Assembly (NCBI RefSeq): GCF_006345805.1
Contig: NC_043015.1
Coordinates: 46,624,001-46,688,000, forward strand
Source: Octopus sinensis
Taxonomy: Eukaryota
Direction: 5' to 3'
DNA: 64,000 nt
Part shown: positions 51,381 through 64,000 of the stretch, piece after piece
Layout of the letters: the number at the start of each line of letters is the position of its first letter
Position numbering within the stretch: the first letter of the stretch is position 1
Made by a program: the position numbers and the translations under genes
The notes under the pieces: generated by a model
What the model was told of the DNA's origin: nothing
What the model saw: the letters and a program-made list of their open reading frames with translations, nothing else
Database searches by the model: none

Positions 51381-51868
51381 TATACTATCGTTTTTCTAAG
51401 CTACTCTGGGTCTTTTATATCTTCTCACATTCCTTTTTGATCTTTTTACCTGTAATTAAAGACTTGGCTGTTTCCATTCATAAACCAACAATTCACAGCT
51501 CATAGAACAAACCTGTTCTACGGTGTTTGTTGCTGAATATCATACTTGGTTGCAATGAACCTTAGCTGCAGTATCCGCAGCACTCGGTAGGAATAATTCG
51601 AAGTGAAATTAGACGTTGATGCCTGTGGACAAGGCATAATTAAGACGGAATGCATTAATCAACATAGAACTATGCATCTTGTATGATCCGGTACTGACAG
51701 CAGGTGCTGAGATGCTGTTTTGCCATATCTTTTTTGGATCTTTCCCAAACAATTTTTGCATTTTAAATTTAATGTATTTGTGGGTGTGACACTCTAACAA
51801 CTGTACCATGTGCTTTCTTCTATCTATCTGTCTGTTTGTCTGTTTGTTTGTCTATCTGTCTGTCTATC

Positions 51869-51927
<59 letters not shown>

Positions 51928-52109
51928 TCATCTATGCATCTTTGTATGTGTGTGTGTGTGTGTATGTATGTGCATTTGAAGCAGTAGAGTCTCATTCTCC
52001 CTACATACCACACACACACACATGCACGTGTGCATGCATGCAAGCAGACAGGCACCCACTTAATTTATAGGGTAATAATTAATTTCAGACTCGGTATGTA
52101 TTAGATAGT

Positions 52110-52355
52110 AGAGGCGCATGGCTTAGTGGTTAGGGTATCAGCACCATGATCGTAAGATTGTGGTTTCAATTCCTGGACCGGGCAACATGTTGTGTTCTTG
52201 AGCAAAACACTTCATTTCGCGTTGCTCCCATCCACTCAGCTGGCAAAAATGAGCAACGCTGCGATGGATTGGCGCCCCGTCCAGCTGGGGAACACATATG
52301 CCATAGAAACCAGGAAACCGGGCCCATGAGCCTGGCTAGGCTTTAAAAGGGTGTA
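52110..52355 (+). mobile_element. tRNA-derived SINE family S4 (CORE/V-domain-like)
   Basis: GAGGCGCATGGCTTAGTGGTTAGGG head; GTTCTTGAGCAAAACACTT; GCGATGGA.TGGCG.CCCGTCCAG. Confidence 0.8.
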
Positions 52356-52537
52356 TTTATTTTTATTATGTATTAGATAGTAGGTAATAGGAAGAAACTG
52401 CACTGAATTGAAGTGAAAAATAAATAATTGTTAATAATCGACTGTAAAATCAAATTTTACTATAATTGTAAAATCTGATTTATTCAGGGTAGTTTTATTT
52501 CCCTTTGTCTGCCTTTTTATATGTACATATTTCAAAG

Positions 52538-52918
52538 TGGAGGCGCAATGGCCCAGTAGTTAGGGCAGCGGACTCGCGGTCATAGGATCGCGGTTTCGAT
52601 TCCCAGACCGGGCGTTGTGAGTGTTTAGTGAGCGAAAACACCTAAAGCTCCACGACGCTCCGGCAGGGATGGTGGTGATCCCTGCTGTACTCTTTCACCA
52701 CAACTTTCTCTCACTCTTACTTCCTGTTTCTGTTGTACCTGTATTTCAAAGGGCCGGCCTTGTCACTCTCTGTGTCACGCTGAATATCCCCGAGAACTAC
52801 GTTAAGGGTACACGTGTCTGTGGAGTGCTCAGCCACTTACACGTTAATTTCGCGAGCAGGCTGTTCCGTTGATCGGATCAACCGGAACCCTCGTCGTTGT
52901 AACCGACGGAGTGCTTCC
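52538..52918 (+). mobile_element. S3 SINE, full length
   Basis: tRNA-like head with A and B boxes; matches 42965-43352. Confidence 0.9.
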
Positions 52919-52964
52919 ACATATTTCAAAAGATTGCTATTTATACCAAAATCATTTTACTGTA

Positions 52965-54147
52965 TTAATGATTTAGCATTCAGATTACCATATTTTTGCA
53001 TGATCGTTACCTGCGTTGCCTTACTAGCACTTGTGCTGGTGGCACCTGAAAAAAAAAAACATTCGAATGAGGTCGTTGCCAGTGCCGCTGGACTGACTCC
53101 TGTGCAGGTGGCACATAAAAAGCACCATTTGAGCGTGGCCGTTGCCAGTACCACCTAACTAGCCCTTGTGCCGGTGGCACGTAAAAGCATCCCCTACACT
53201 CTTGGAGTGGTTGGCGTTAGGAAGGGCATCAAGCTGTAGAAACTCTGCCAGATCAGATTGGAGCCTGGTGCAGCCATCTGGTTCGCCAGTCCTCAGTCAA
53301 ATCGTCCAACCCATGCTAGCATGGAAAGCAGACATTAAACGATAATGATGATGATGATGATGATTACTCTGTCAAATGTAACGCTTATTTATTTTTATTA
53401 CTTTGAATTAACCATTCATTATCTCATAGCTTCAAGATTTTGATGATGTGATTGTATATTCTTAAAATGACATTGTAGGATAAGTGTGAGAGACCTGATC
53501 TGCTCAGTTTGTACCATGTAAAATATCTGAGCCTGATACGGCTGGCTTAAATACTAAAGGATTAAAACTGTCTATTTTGGTGGGATGCAGAACAAAAAAG
53601 TCTCATTCTACTTGCAAGAAATAATAGCTAAATCCACCTCAAATTACACTTTACCATCTTTAACCCTTTAGCATTCAGATTTCTTTGTTGATTGATTTTA
53701 CTTTTTTTTATTCACATTGTTTTGAATTAATCATGCATTATCTTGTAGCTTCAAGATTCCAATGCTGTGATTGTTTATTTTTAGGATGGCATTGTAGGGT
53801 AGTTATGACAGATTGGATCTTGTCAGATTTAACTTAAAACAGGTAGATTACTTTTTTGTTAGATATCATCATCATCATCATCATCGTTTAGTGTCCGCTT
53901 TCCATGCTAGCATGGGTTGGACGGTTCAACTGGGAAGCCAGAAGGCTGCACCAGGCCCAGTTTGATCTGGCAATGTTTCTACGGCTGGATGCCCTTCCTA
54001 ACGCCAACCACTGCATGAGTGTAGTGGGTGCTTTTTACATGCCACCGGCACAGGTGCCAGATGAGTCTGGCAAACAGCCACGATCAGATGGTGCTTTTTA
54101 TGTGCCACCGGCATGGGGGGGCCAGTTTAAATGCTAAATAGTTACAA
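52965..54147. mobile_element. two piggyBac-like MITE copies, each interrupted by an RTE 3'-UTR copy (52995-53362 +, 53865-54120 -)
   Basis: TTAACCCTTTAGCATT and AATACTAAAGGATTAA type ends; homologous bodies at 53365-53563 and 53660-53860. Confidence 0.55.
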
Positions 54148-54362
54148 ATTATAAAGGATATGTCACGAGTGTGTTTGTTGGGTGGTCTGAGGTGATGATT
54201 GGTTGAATTGATGATTGGAAATGTGTTTTTGTTGGGCTGTATGAAGAAGTAACTGACAACACCCATGAACATTTAACAGAAGATTTATCATTGCACATAG
54301 AGTTAAACTTTGTCAGTCTTTTACAAATAATAACAGCAATATTACATATGGTGCTGGTGCAA

Positions 54363-54595
54363 GGCGGCGAGCTGGCAGAAACGGTAGCACGCCGGGTGAA
54401 ATGTGAAGCCGTATTTCGTCTGCCGTTACGTTCTGAATTCAAATTCAGCCGAGGTCGACTTTGCCTTTCATCCTTTCGGGGTCGATAAATTAAGTACCAG
54501 TTACGCACTGGGGGGTCGATGGAATCGACTTAATCGCTTTGTCTGTCCTTGTTTGTCCCCTCTGTGTTTAGCCCCTTGTGGGTAGTAAAGAAATA
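54363..54595 (+). mobile_element. S1 SINE, full-length monomer
   Basis: GGCGGCGAGCTGGCAGAAACG...GAATTCAAATTC (B-box like)...GTCGACTTTGCCTTTCATCCTTTCGGGGTCGATAAA...GTAAAGAAATA. Confidence 0.9.
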
Positions 54596-54874
54596 TATGG
54601 TGCTGGTGCCACATAAAAAGCATTGAGTTCACTTTGTAAGGTGGTTGGTGCTTGGAAGGGCATCCAGCCGTAAAATCCCTACAAAAAACAGATACTGAAG
54701 CTTGGTGCAGCCTTCTGCCTAGCCAACTTCTGTCAAGCCATCCAACTCATGCCAGCATAAAAAATGAACATTAAATGAAGACGGTTATAATGAAGAGAGA
54801 GATATACTACTTGGAGTTTAAGGCAAGCTTACTGATACAGCAACATGTGGCTGGCCCAACATAACTGGAAACTT

Positions 54875-55185
54875 CTTCTTTATGCCTTTAACCCTCCGAT
54901 GCGGAATATAGGCTACTTATAGTTGAATTCCATGTCGCATCATTTTTGGCTTTGTACTTATACTCTGCCATGAATGTCCCCCTTTCTCTAGTTCCTTTTC
55001 TGTTGATCTACGCCACGAGTTCTTAGGCCTATCTTTCTTTCTATATTCATCCGGTTTCCACTGTAAAGCACTTTTCGCTACTTTTGGTGTGTCTTTTCTA
55101 ATTGTGTTACCAATCCACTTCCACTTTTTCTTAAATATTTGCTCCCTAATCGAAACTTGATTTGTTCTTTGCCATAACTGGAAAC
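54875..55185 (-). mobile_element. RTE fragment of a third lineage (SR2-like)
   Basis: WQRTNQVSIREQIFKKKWKWIGNTIRK...ALQWKPDEYRKKDRPKNSWRR. Confidence 0.78.
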
Positions 55186-55451
55186 AATTATGCTATATTT
55201 GTGGTAACGGAAATGCCATTCATCTGTCTTAACTGTCTTCCTGGGTCGTTTGGCTGTAGCAAGAATGGAGGCACAATGTGCAGTTGCTTCAACATCAACA
55301 TTCTACTTGGCATGAGGTGAGATGTATGAATTGGCTGCTTTCAGTGTTCTGCACAGACTGTAGTTCGATCGAGATGTATGACTGGTGGCTTAGCGGATCA
55401 GTTTTGACTCACTGCTACAAATACATTGAGCAAAAAATAAAAAGTGAATGC

Positions 55452-55953
55452 ACCCTTTTAAAGCCTAGCCAGGCTCATGGGTCTGGTTTCCCGGTTTCAA
55501 TGACGTATGTGTTCCCCTGCTGGACGGGACGCTAGTCCATCGCAGCGTTACTCATTTTTGCCAGCTGAGTGGACTGGTGCAACGTGAAATGAAGTATTTT
55601 GTTCAAGAACACAACGCGTCGCCTGGTCGGGGAATCGAAACTACAATCTTACGATCATGATGCTGACACCCTAACCACTAAGCCATGCGCCTCCACAATA
55701 ATAAATGTGCCCTTTTAAAGCCTAGCCAGGCTCATGGGTCCGGTTTCCTGGTTTCTATGGTGTATGTGTTCCTCAGCTGGACGGGACGCCAGTCCATCGC
55801 AGCGTTACTCATTTTTGCCAGCTGAGTGGACTGGAGCAACGTGAAATGAAGTATTTTGCTCAAGAACACACGCATCGCCCAGTCCAGTAATCGAAACCAC
55901 AATCTTACGATCATGGTGCTGACACCCTAACCACTAAGCCACGCACCTCCACA
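55452..55953 (-). mobile_element. tandem pair of S4 SINEs
   Basis: 55452-55695 and 55706-55953 are each the reverse complement of 52110-52355. Confidence 0.85.
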
Positions 55954-56394
55954 CATTGAGCAAAGGAGGTCTACATATTAAAATTCGCAGGATGGCCATG
56001 GTCAGCTAACTTTGTCCATTCCCTGCTCACTCATCTTTATTTTAATTCAGTGATTCCTGATGTGGGGTGTGGGATCCAAATTAGTTTTTCTTTTTGTTTT
56101 TTAGTGGGACATGAAATTGTGAAAATTCTTTTTCACAGCAAGCATACTACACCTATACCTTCTTCCAGCCACCAGTGGGGAATACATTTTTTCTGGAAAG
56201 CTTTAGTAGGGCCTAGGGAAAAAGTAGTTTGAGAAACACTGTTTTAATAATTTCCATTGTTATTTGAATTAGCATAAAAAGTATTTTTATTGTAGTATTT
56301 ACAGGTTGTTTTTTTTTTTTGTTTTTTTTAGAGATGTATTTTTCTACAATGTTTATCAGTTTTGAAATTTGAATAAATTTTACCAATTTACAAC

Positions 56395-56925
56395 CCATGG
56401 CCTCTACCTGGAATGTAGCCAGTCCACTTATGCATACCTTTCCTTCTTGGGACACAAAACTCTACTTGTGAAGACCTGTTGAGGCAAGTGAGAATCAGAA
56501 TCAAAATCGAAATCGATTAACATCAATGGAAATTGTAGCTGTGATACCAGTGCCGGTAAGCGAACCATCCAAACGTGGTCATTGCCAGCGCTGCCCCGAC
56601 GGCCCCCATGCCAGTGGCACGTAAAAAGCACCATCCGATCGTGGCCGTTGCCAGCCCCGCCTGGCCCCCGTGCCGGTGGCACATAAAAAGCACCATCCTA
56701 CCATGGCCATTTGCCAGCCTCGTCTGGCACCTGTGCCGGTGGCATGTAAAAAGCACCCACTACACTCACGGAGTGGTTGGCATTAGGAAGGGCATCCAGC
56801 CGTAGAAACATTGCCAAATCAGACTGGGCCTGGTGCAGCCGTCTGGCTTCCCAGACCCCAGTTGAACCGTCCAGCCCATGCTAGCATGGAAAGCGGATGC
56901 TAAACGATGATGATGATGATGATGA
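56395..56925 (+). mobile_element. long RTE 3'-UTR copy (related partial copy at 58050-58410)
   Basis: Shares GGACACAAA...GTTGAGGCAAG and the GAAATCGA repeats with 7300-7500; (GAT)n tail. Confidence 0.85.
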
Positions 56926-57960
56926 ATTTACAGACATATGACGATGGAATGCCAGGTAGAAAAAACAAACAAACAAAAATGAATGAATTTCTCTGACAAG
57001 CCAGATAGCTCTCTTCAGAGCTAATCTGGGACCAAAGAACGGCTACTACAACATCAGCAAGAACTACGTTAACATATGATTGATCGGTGCTGTTGTGAAA
57101 TCTTGTCAAAGCCAAACGAAAATACTCCAGTGAAAATAAAACAAATTCTTGATGACAATTACATCAACTTCAATGTCTGGTCACGCGGACCCTTTTAAAA
57201 TCCCAAGAATTCATTTCCTTTTTTTTTATATATATATTTATATTATTTTAAGCATTTTATTTGTATTTTTATTTATTTTTTGTTGTTCTTTTTTTACATG
57301 GTTTTCCACCTAATAGACTGGAAACGCTACTTATTGAAATGAAATGCAACTTCAGGCTAGAAATTAATGGAGACTGCCGAATAAAAACCATTTCCTTTGA
57401 CTTGACATGAGTAATCACATAATCAAAAGATAAGAAGTCCTAGCATTGTTATTCGGTATTCTATTCTCTGCCATTGTCCATTTCGTTTCAGACTCCCTCC
57501 GTCTAATAATAAATCAATTGGTTTACGTTCACCATTCATGCCTTTGATTATTCCCGCGCCATTACACGGACATTAGAACACGACAATTTCGTTTAAGGAG
57601 CCTCAGAAAGAGATAAAGGAAATGATGGAGGAGGAGGAGGAAGAGGAGTCACTGAAGAGGGGAAAACAATGTAAGCATGTGTGTGTGTGTGTGTGTGTGT
57701 GTATGCATGACTGTGCATATGTGCCTTTGCTAGTTAATCTGCAAGAAGAAGCAGTGGCAATAATTATCTGTCCAGTAAATGCCTGTGGATTAACATGCAG
57801 GAAACTACCTACATGTTACACATGCACACACACACACACATACACGTTTATATATTGGTGTGTATGGACGTGTATGTATGTCCATGTATGTATGCATCTA
57901 CATATATGTGTGTGTGTGTGTATGTATGTATATGTGTGTATATGTATAAGTGTGTATATA

Positions 57961-58028
<68 letters not shown>

Positions 58029-58559
58029 GTGTGTGTGTATATATATATAACCCATGGCCTTTACCAGACTATAACTCGTGGCCTTTACCTGGGATGTAGC
58101 CAGTCCACTTATGCATACCTTTCCTTCTTGGGACACAAAACTCTACTTGTGAAGACCTGTTGAGGCAAGTGAGAATCAAAATCGAAATCGATCAACATCA
58201 ATGGAAATTGTATCTGTGATACCAGTGCCGGTGGCATGTAAGAGAACCATTCGAACGTGGCTGTTGCCAGTGGTGCCACCCCGATTGGCCTCCGTACCGG
58301 TGGCACGTAAAAAGCACCATCCAATCGTGGCCGTTGCCAGCCTCACCAGGCCTCCGTGCTTTTCATGGGAGACTGGAAATGAAGAACATTGCTTGTATGA
58401 TGATGATGATGCTCATTTTACAAGCATCATGTGATGTCAAAACAAGGGAAATGTCAATAAGCATTTTGTTTGATGTGTTAATGATAAGGCAACAACAAGC
58501 TGGCACAGTCATTGTAACATCAGACAAAATGCTTACTGAAATTTTTTCTGACTATATAT

Positions 58560-60307
58560 GCGTAACTGGTACTTATTTAATCGACCCTGAAAGGATGAAC
58601 GGCTAAGTCGACCTTGGCGGAATTTGAACACAGTATATAGCAGCAGACGAAATACCGCTAAGCATTTCGCCCGGCGTGCTAATGTTTCTTATTTCTTTAT
58701 TGCCCACAAGGGGCTAAACACAGAGGGGACAAACAAGGACAAACAAATGGATTAAGTCGATTACATCGACCCCAGTGCGTAACTGGTACTTAATTTATCA
58801 ACCCCGAAAGGATGTAAGGCAAAGTTGACCTCAGCGGAATTTGAACTCAGAATGTAAAGACAGATAAAGTACCTATTTCTTTATTACCCACCAGGGGCTA
58901 AACACAGAGGGAACAAATAAGGACAGACAAACGGATTAAGTCGATTACATCAACCCCAGTGTGTAACTGGTACTTAATTTATCAACCCCGGAAGGATGAA
59001 AAGCTCAGCCTACCTCAGCGGAATTTGAACACAGTATATAGCAGCAGACGAAATACCGCTAAGCATTTCGCCCGGCGTGCTAATGTTTCTTATTTCTTTA
59101 TTGCCCACAAGGGGCTAAACACAGAGGGGACAAACAAGGACAAACAAATGGATTAAGTCGATTACATCGACCCCAGTGCGTAACTGGTACTTAATTTATC
59201 AACCCCGAAAGGATGTAAGGCAAAGTTGACCTCAGCGGAATTTGAACTCAGAATGTAAAGACAGATAAAGTACCTATTTCTTTATTACCCACCAGGGGCT
59301 AAACACAGAGGGAACAAATAAGGACAGACAAACGGATTAAGTCGATTACATCAACCCCAGTGTGTAACTGGTACTTAATTTATCAACCCCGGAAGGATGA
59401 AAAGCTCAGCCTACCTCAGCGGAATTTGAACACAGTATATAGCAGCAGACGAAATACCGCTAAGCATTTTGCCCGGCGTGCTAATGTTTCTTATTCTTTA
59501 TTGCCCACAAGGGGCTAAACACAGAGGGGACAAACAAGGACAAACAAATGGATTAAGTCGATTACATCGACCCCAGTGCGTAACTGGTACTTAATTATCA
59601 ACCCCGAAAGGATGTGTAAGGCAAAGTTGACCTCAGCGGAATTTGAACTCAGAATGTAAAGACAGATAAAGTACCTATTTCTTTATTACCCACCAGGGGC
59701 TAAACACAGAGGGAACAAATAAGGACAGACAAACGGATTAAGTCGATTACATCAACCCCAGTGTGTAACTGGTACTGAATTTATCAACCCCGGAAGGATG
59801 AAAGGCTCAGCCTACCTCAGCGGAATTTGAACACAGTATATAGCAGCAGACGAAATACCGCTAAGCATTTCGCCCGGCGTGCTAATGTTTCTTATTTCTT
59901 TATTGCCCACAAGGGGCTAAACACAGAGGGGACAAACAAGGACAAACAAATGGATTAAGTCGATTACATCGACCCCAGTGCGTAACTGGTACTTAATTTA
60001 TCAACCCTGAAAGGATGTAAGGCAAAGTTGACCTCAGCGGAATTTGAACTCAGAATGTAAAGACAGATAAAGTACCTATTTCTTTATTAGCCACCAGGGG
60101 CTAAACACAGAGGGAACAAATAAGGACAGACAAACGGATTAAGTCGATTACATCAACCCCAGTGTGTAACTGGTACTTAATTTATCAACCCCGGAAGGAT
60201 GAAAGGCTCAGCCTACCTCAGTGGAATTTGAACACAGTATATAGCTGCAGACGAAATACCGCTAAGCATTTCGTCCGGCATGCTAACATTTCTGCCAGCT
60301 CTCGGCC
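58560..60307 (-). repeat. S1-SINE-derived higher-order tandem array, 4 x ~401 bp
   Basis: The anchor TGCCCACAAG recurs at 58701, 59102, 59502 and 59904. Each period holds two distinguishable SINE variants. Confidence 0.95.
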
Positions 60308-60949
60308 TTCACAATCTGCCATGCTGCGATCCTATGACTTTGCTGTATCCCAGGCAGGGTGGCTGGACAGGTGCTACAACTTGCCAAAGAGCAACTAGTA
60401 ACTAAAAGTACAGTCATATGTGGGGTATTTTCAAGATACCCACATACCCAAGTTAATTAATAATTGACTTAAAATATTTTTTCATTACTTAATTGTTCAT
60501 AGCAGTCTTTAAATAAAATGTGACTTTTTCCTAAACAAAATTCTGTGACTATTTTCTTCCATGCACCTGTCTCACAAACTCACTATTGCTCCCCACTGCT
60601 TTTGTATTACCTTTACAATGGCCTGTTTTACTCCTCTGATGGGTAACAGCCTCCCTTGATTCCATCAGTTTTAATGACTTTGAAAAGGCCTATGGGCACC
60701 GATCCTCCTCCTCTAACTAAGCCATTAAAATGATAAGAAAAAAAAAAAGAAAAGGATGAAGCAAAACACAGCTCCTGTATATATGTAAAAGTGTGTCATG
60801 TATGTAATATGAGTTTATAAATGTGAAGTGGATGTTCTTGTTTCTCAGATTTCATGTGAAGAGATAATGTGTATATATGGATGTATATAGGATTTGGTTT
60901 GTTAAATAAATATTCCGTGTGACTGTACTTTATTGTGTGACTCTCTCTT

Positions 60950-60982
<33 letters not shown>

Positions 60983-61364
60983 AATACCAAATGTCTCAAT
61001 CAATATCCTCGACCCAGAAACTCAGGTGTGTTTCAGATCACTTTTTGCAATCAAATACGTTCTGCTTTGAAAAGTAAAAAGTAGTGATTTTTTTTTTTTT
61101 TAATGTGTTTGTTTGATTAGTTATTCATTTATTTATTTATATATTATTTCTTCTTCTTCTTCTTCTTCTCCTCCTCCTCCTCCTTCTCCTTCTTAGTACT
61201 ATTATTATTATCATTATTATTATTATTATTATTTGTTTGTGAGAGATGCAGCATTGAGGATGAATGAAGCCAGCTCAACCCACCCCGGGTGAATGCTGTA
61301 AGAAGAAGAAGAAGAAGACTGCTGACCTTCAACAAGACCTACAAAGCTGACCTACAAAGTCAGA

Positions 61365-61590
61365 AAACAACACAGCTCCCATGACTTTCGGAAACATTTT
61401 TTCACGCTCAGAGTTGCTGAAGCATGGAATAAACTGCCTGCGTCAGTTGTTGACTGCCATGACACTGCATCCTTTAAGGCCCTCATGCTTTCTGAAATCC
61501 GCCGAAACTACACCTGATTATATATACACTTTAGATGAGTTGTAGTGCACCTGAGCACTGTACACAATTATTATTATTATTATTATTATT
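61365..61590 (+). mobile_element. CR1-like 3' end
   Basis: HSSHDFRKHFFTLRVAEAWNKLP; (ATT)n tail. Confidence 0.8.
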
Positions 61591-61982
61591 AAGACACAAC
61601 TTGGTTCTCTTCTCCAAGCTTTAACAGTGTGCAGTGTTCACTGTCCTTGCATCATTTTTCCAGACAGTTAATGTTTGAGCCAACACAGCAAATCATTTCT
61701 ATCAATAAATGTTGTTGAACGGTTGTGAGTTTGCATGTTTGACAATCTACGCAGCCTGCCTGAACCACAAGATGATAAGTCACCAACACATCAACATGCC
61801 AAACCATTCACTTGATCTCTTAGAAATAGCAGTCAAGTCTTCTTCATATTACATCATGCCATCTTGAAAAACAGAAGCGCACTTTGGAATGATCACGTTA
61901 TAATTATACAGAAATAACAGGATGGTCAAGGCTGGAAGTCCTATGGTCATAGTTCTCCTCAATCATAAGTGATGTGAGGGTA

Positions 61983-61997
61983 AATGACAACAACAGC

Positions 61998-62028
<31 letters not shown>

Positions 62029-62172
62029 CAACAACAACAACACAGCAACAACAACAGCACAGCAGCAGCAGCACAGCAACAACAACAACAACAGCAACAG
62101 CAGCAGCAGCCAACAACAACAGCAGCAGCAGCAGCGGCAGCAACAACAACAACAACAACAACAACAGCAACA

Positions 62173-62203
<31 letters not shown>

Positions 62204-62589
62204 CAACAACAACACCAACAGCAGCAACAACAACAACAGCAGCAGCAGCAACAGCAGCAGCAGCAACAACACAACAACAGCAGCAGCGGCAGCAACAACA
62301 ACAACAGCAGCAACAGCAGCAGCAGCAACAGCAGCAGCAGCAACAACAACAACAGCAGCAGCAGCAGCAACAGCAGCAACAACAACAACAGCAGCATCAC
62401 AACAACAGCAGCATCAGCAACAGCGCAGCAGCAGCAGCAGCAGCAACAACAACAACAACAACAACAACAGCAACAACAACAGCAGCAGCAGCAGCAGCAA
62501 CAACACCAACAACAACACCAACAGCAGCAACAACAACAGCAGCAGCAGCAGCGGCAGCAACAACAACAACAACAACAACAACAGCAACA

Positions 62590-62620
<31 letters not shown>

Positions 62621-62794
62621 CAACAACAACACCAACAGCAGCAACAACAACAGCAGCAGCAGCAACAGCAGCAGCAGCAACAACAACAACAGCAGCAGCA
62701 GCGGCAGCAACAACAACAACAGCAGCAACAGCAGCAGCAGCAACAGCAGCAGCAGCAACAACAACAACAGCAGCAGCAGCAGCAACAGCAGCAA

Positions 62795-62832
<38 letters not shown>

Positions 62833-62851
62833 GCAACAGCAGCAGCAGCAA

Positions 62852-62900
<49 letters not shown>

Positions 62901-62907
62901 AGCAGCG

Positions 62908-62963
<56 letters not shown>

Positions 62964-62968
62964 AACAG

Positions 62969-63015
<47 letters not shown>

Positions 63016-63067
63016 GCAACAGCAGCAGCAGCAACAACAACAACAGCAGCAACAGCAGCAGCAGCAA

Positions 63068-63116
<49 letters not shown>

Positions 63117-63148
63117 ACAGCGGCAGCAGCAACAACAACCAGCAGCAA

Positions 63149-63179
<31 letters not shown>

Positions 63180-63244
63180 AGCAGCAGCAGCAACACACAG
63201 CAGCAGCAACAACAACAGCAGCAGCAGCACAGCAGCAGCAGCAA

Positions 63245-63293
<49 letters not shown>

Positions 63294-63510
63294 AACAGCA
63301 GCAGCAGCAACAACAACAACAGCAGCAACAGCAGCAGCAGCAACAACAACAACAGCAGCAGCAGCAGCCAACAACACCAACAGCAGCAACAACAACAGCA
63401 GCAGCAGCAACAACAACAGCAGCAGCAGCAACAACAACAGCAGCAGCAGCAACAGCAGCAGCAGCAACAACAACAACAGCAGCAACAGCAGCGGCAGCAA
63501 CAACAACAAC
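61983..63510. repeat. ~1.5-kb mixed (CAG/CAA)n trinucleotide repeat
   Basis: Directly visible; occasional register shifts. Confidence 0.97.
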
Positions 63511-63575
63511 TGAAACAAACCTCAAGAGGTCATCAGTTTTGTTTGCGTTGTCATCATAGTAGCAGTGATGGTAGT

Positions 63576-63948
63576 GGTGGCAAGCTGGCAGAAACGTTAG
63601 CACGTCGGGCGAAATGCTTAGCGGTATTTCGTCTGCCGCTACGTTGTGAGTTCAAATTCCGCCGAGGTCGACTTTACCTTTCATTCTTTCGGGGTCGATA
63701 AATTAAGTACCTATTTCTTTACTACCCACAAGGGGCTAAACACAGAGAGGACAAACAAGGACAGACAAACAGATTAAGTCGATTATATCGACCCCAGTGC
63801 ATAACTGGTACTCATTTAATTGACTCCGAAAGGATGAAAGGCAAAGTTGATAAATTAAGTACCAGTTACGCACAGGTGTCGATGTAATCGACTTAATACC
63901 TATGTCTGTCCCCTCTATGTTTAGCCCCTTGTGGGTAATAAAGAAATA
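63576..63948. mobile_element. rearranged S1 SINE (sense-antisense-sense)
   Basis: 63576-63711 (+), 63712-63847 (-), 63848-63948 (+). Confidence 0.85.
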
Positions 63949-64000
63949 GGTAGTGGTGGTCTTAGAGGTAGGGATGGTGGTAGTGGTACAGAATTGATGT

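Noticed and set aside
52538-52615. tRNA genes at SINE heads (also S1, S2, S4)
   Set aside because: A/B boxes are present, but no complete cloverleaf is evident and each runs into a repeat body.
58560-60307. CRISPR-like array
   Set aside because: There are no unique spacers, the units are SINE sequence, and the context is eukaryotic.
61963-63701. 546-575 aa poly-Cys, poly-Ser/Asn and poly-Leu ORFs as genes
   Set aside because: Produced by the trinucleotide repeat; the 575-aa ORF ends in SINE sequence.

Overview
AT-rich, repeat-dominated eukaryotic genomic DNA. The SINE, LINE and microsatellite content looks like a coleoid cephalopod (Octopus-like); this is recognition of repeat families, not a database match. 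The only confidently coding host feature is the first coding exon of a cytosolic sulfotransferase (minus strand, 28437-28596). A few weak orphan exon candidates lie near 1-6 kb. Almost all long ORFs in the track are microsatellite translations or transposon relics. Mobile content: four tRNA-derived SINE families, several RTE-clade LINE fragments (one Bov-B-like), CR1-like 3' ends, a CRE/RLE-type LINE fragment, five mariner relics, a Tc1/IS630-like relic, a Merlin-like MITE family with 8-bp TSDs and other MITEs. The most interesting signal is a set of minimal hammerhead-ribozyme-like motifs in several apparent Penelope-like remnants, including variant cores (G3:C8 swap, U6) and a long palindrome with one motif on each strand. 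Also notable: a SINE-derived ~401-bp higher-order tandem array, a MITE carrying a duplicated copy of nearby sequence, and an unexplained duplicated open frame at 41.4-41.9 kb.
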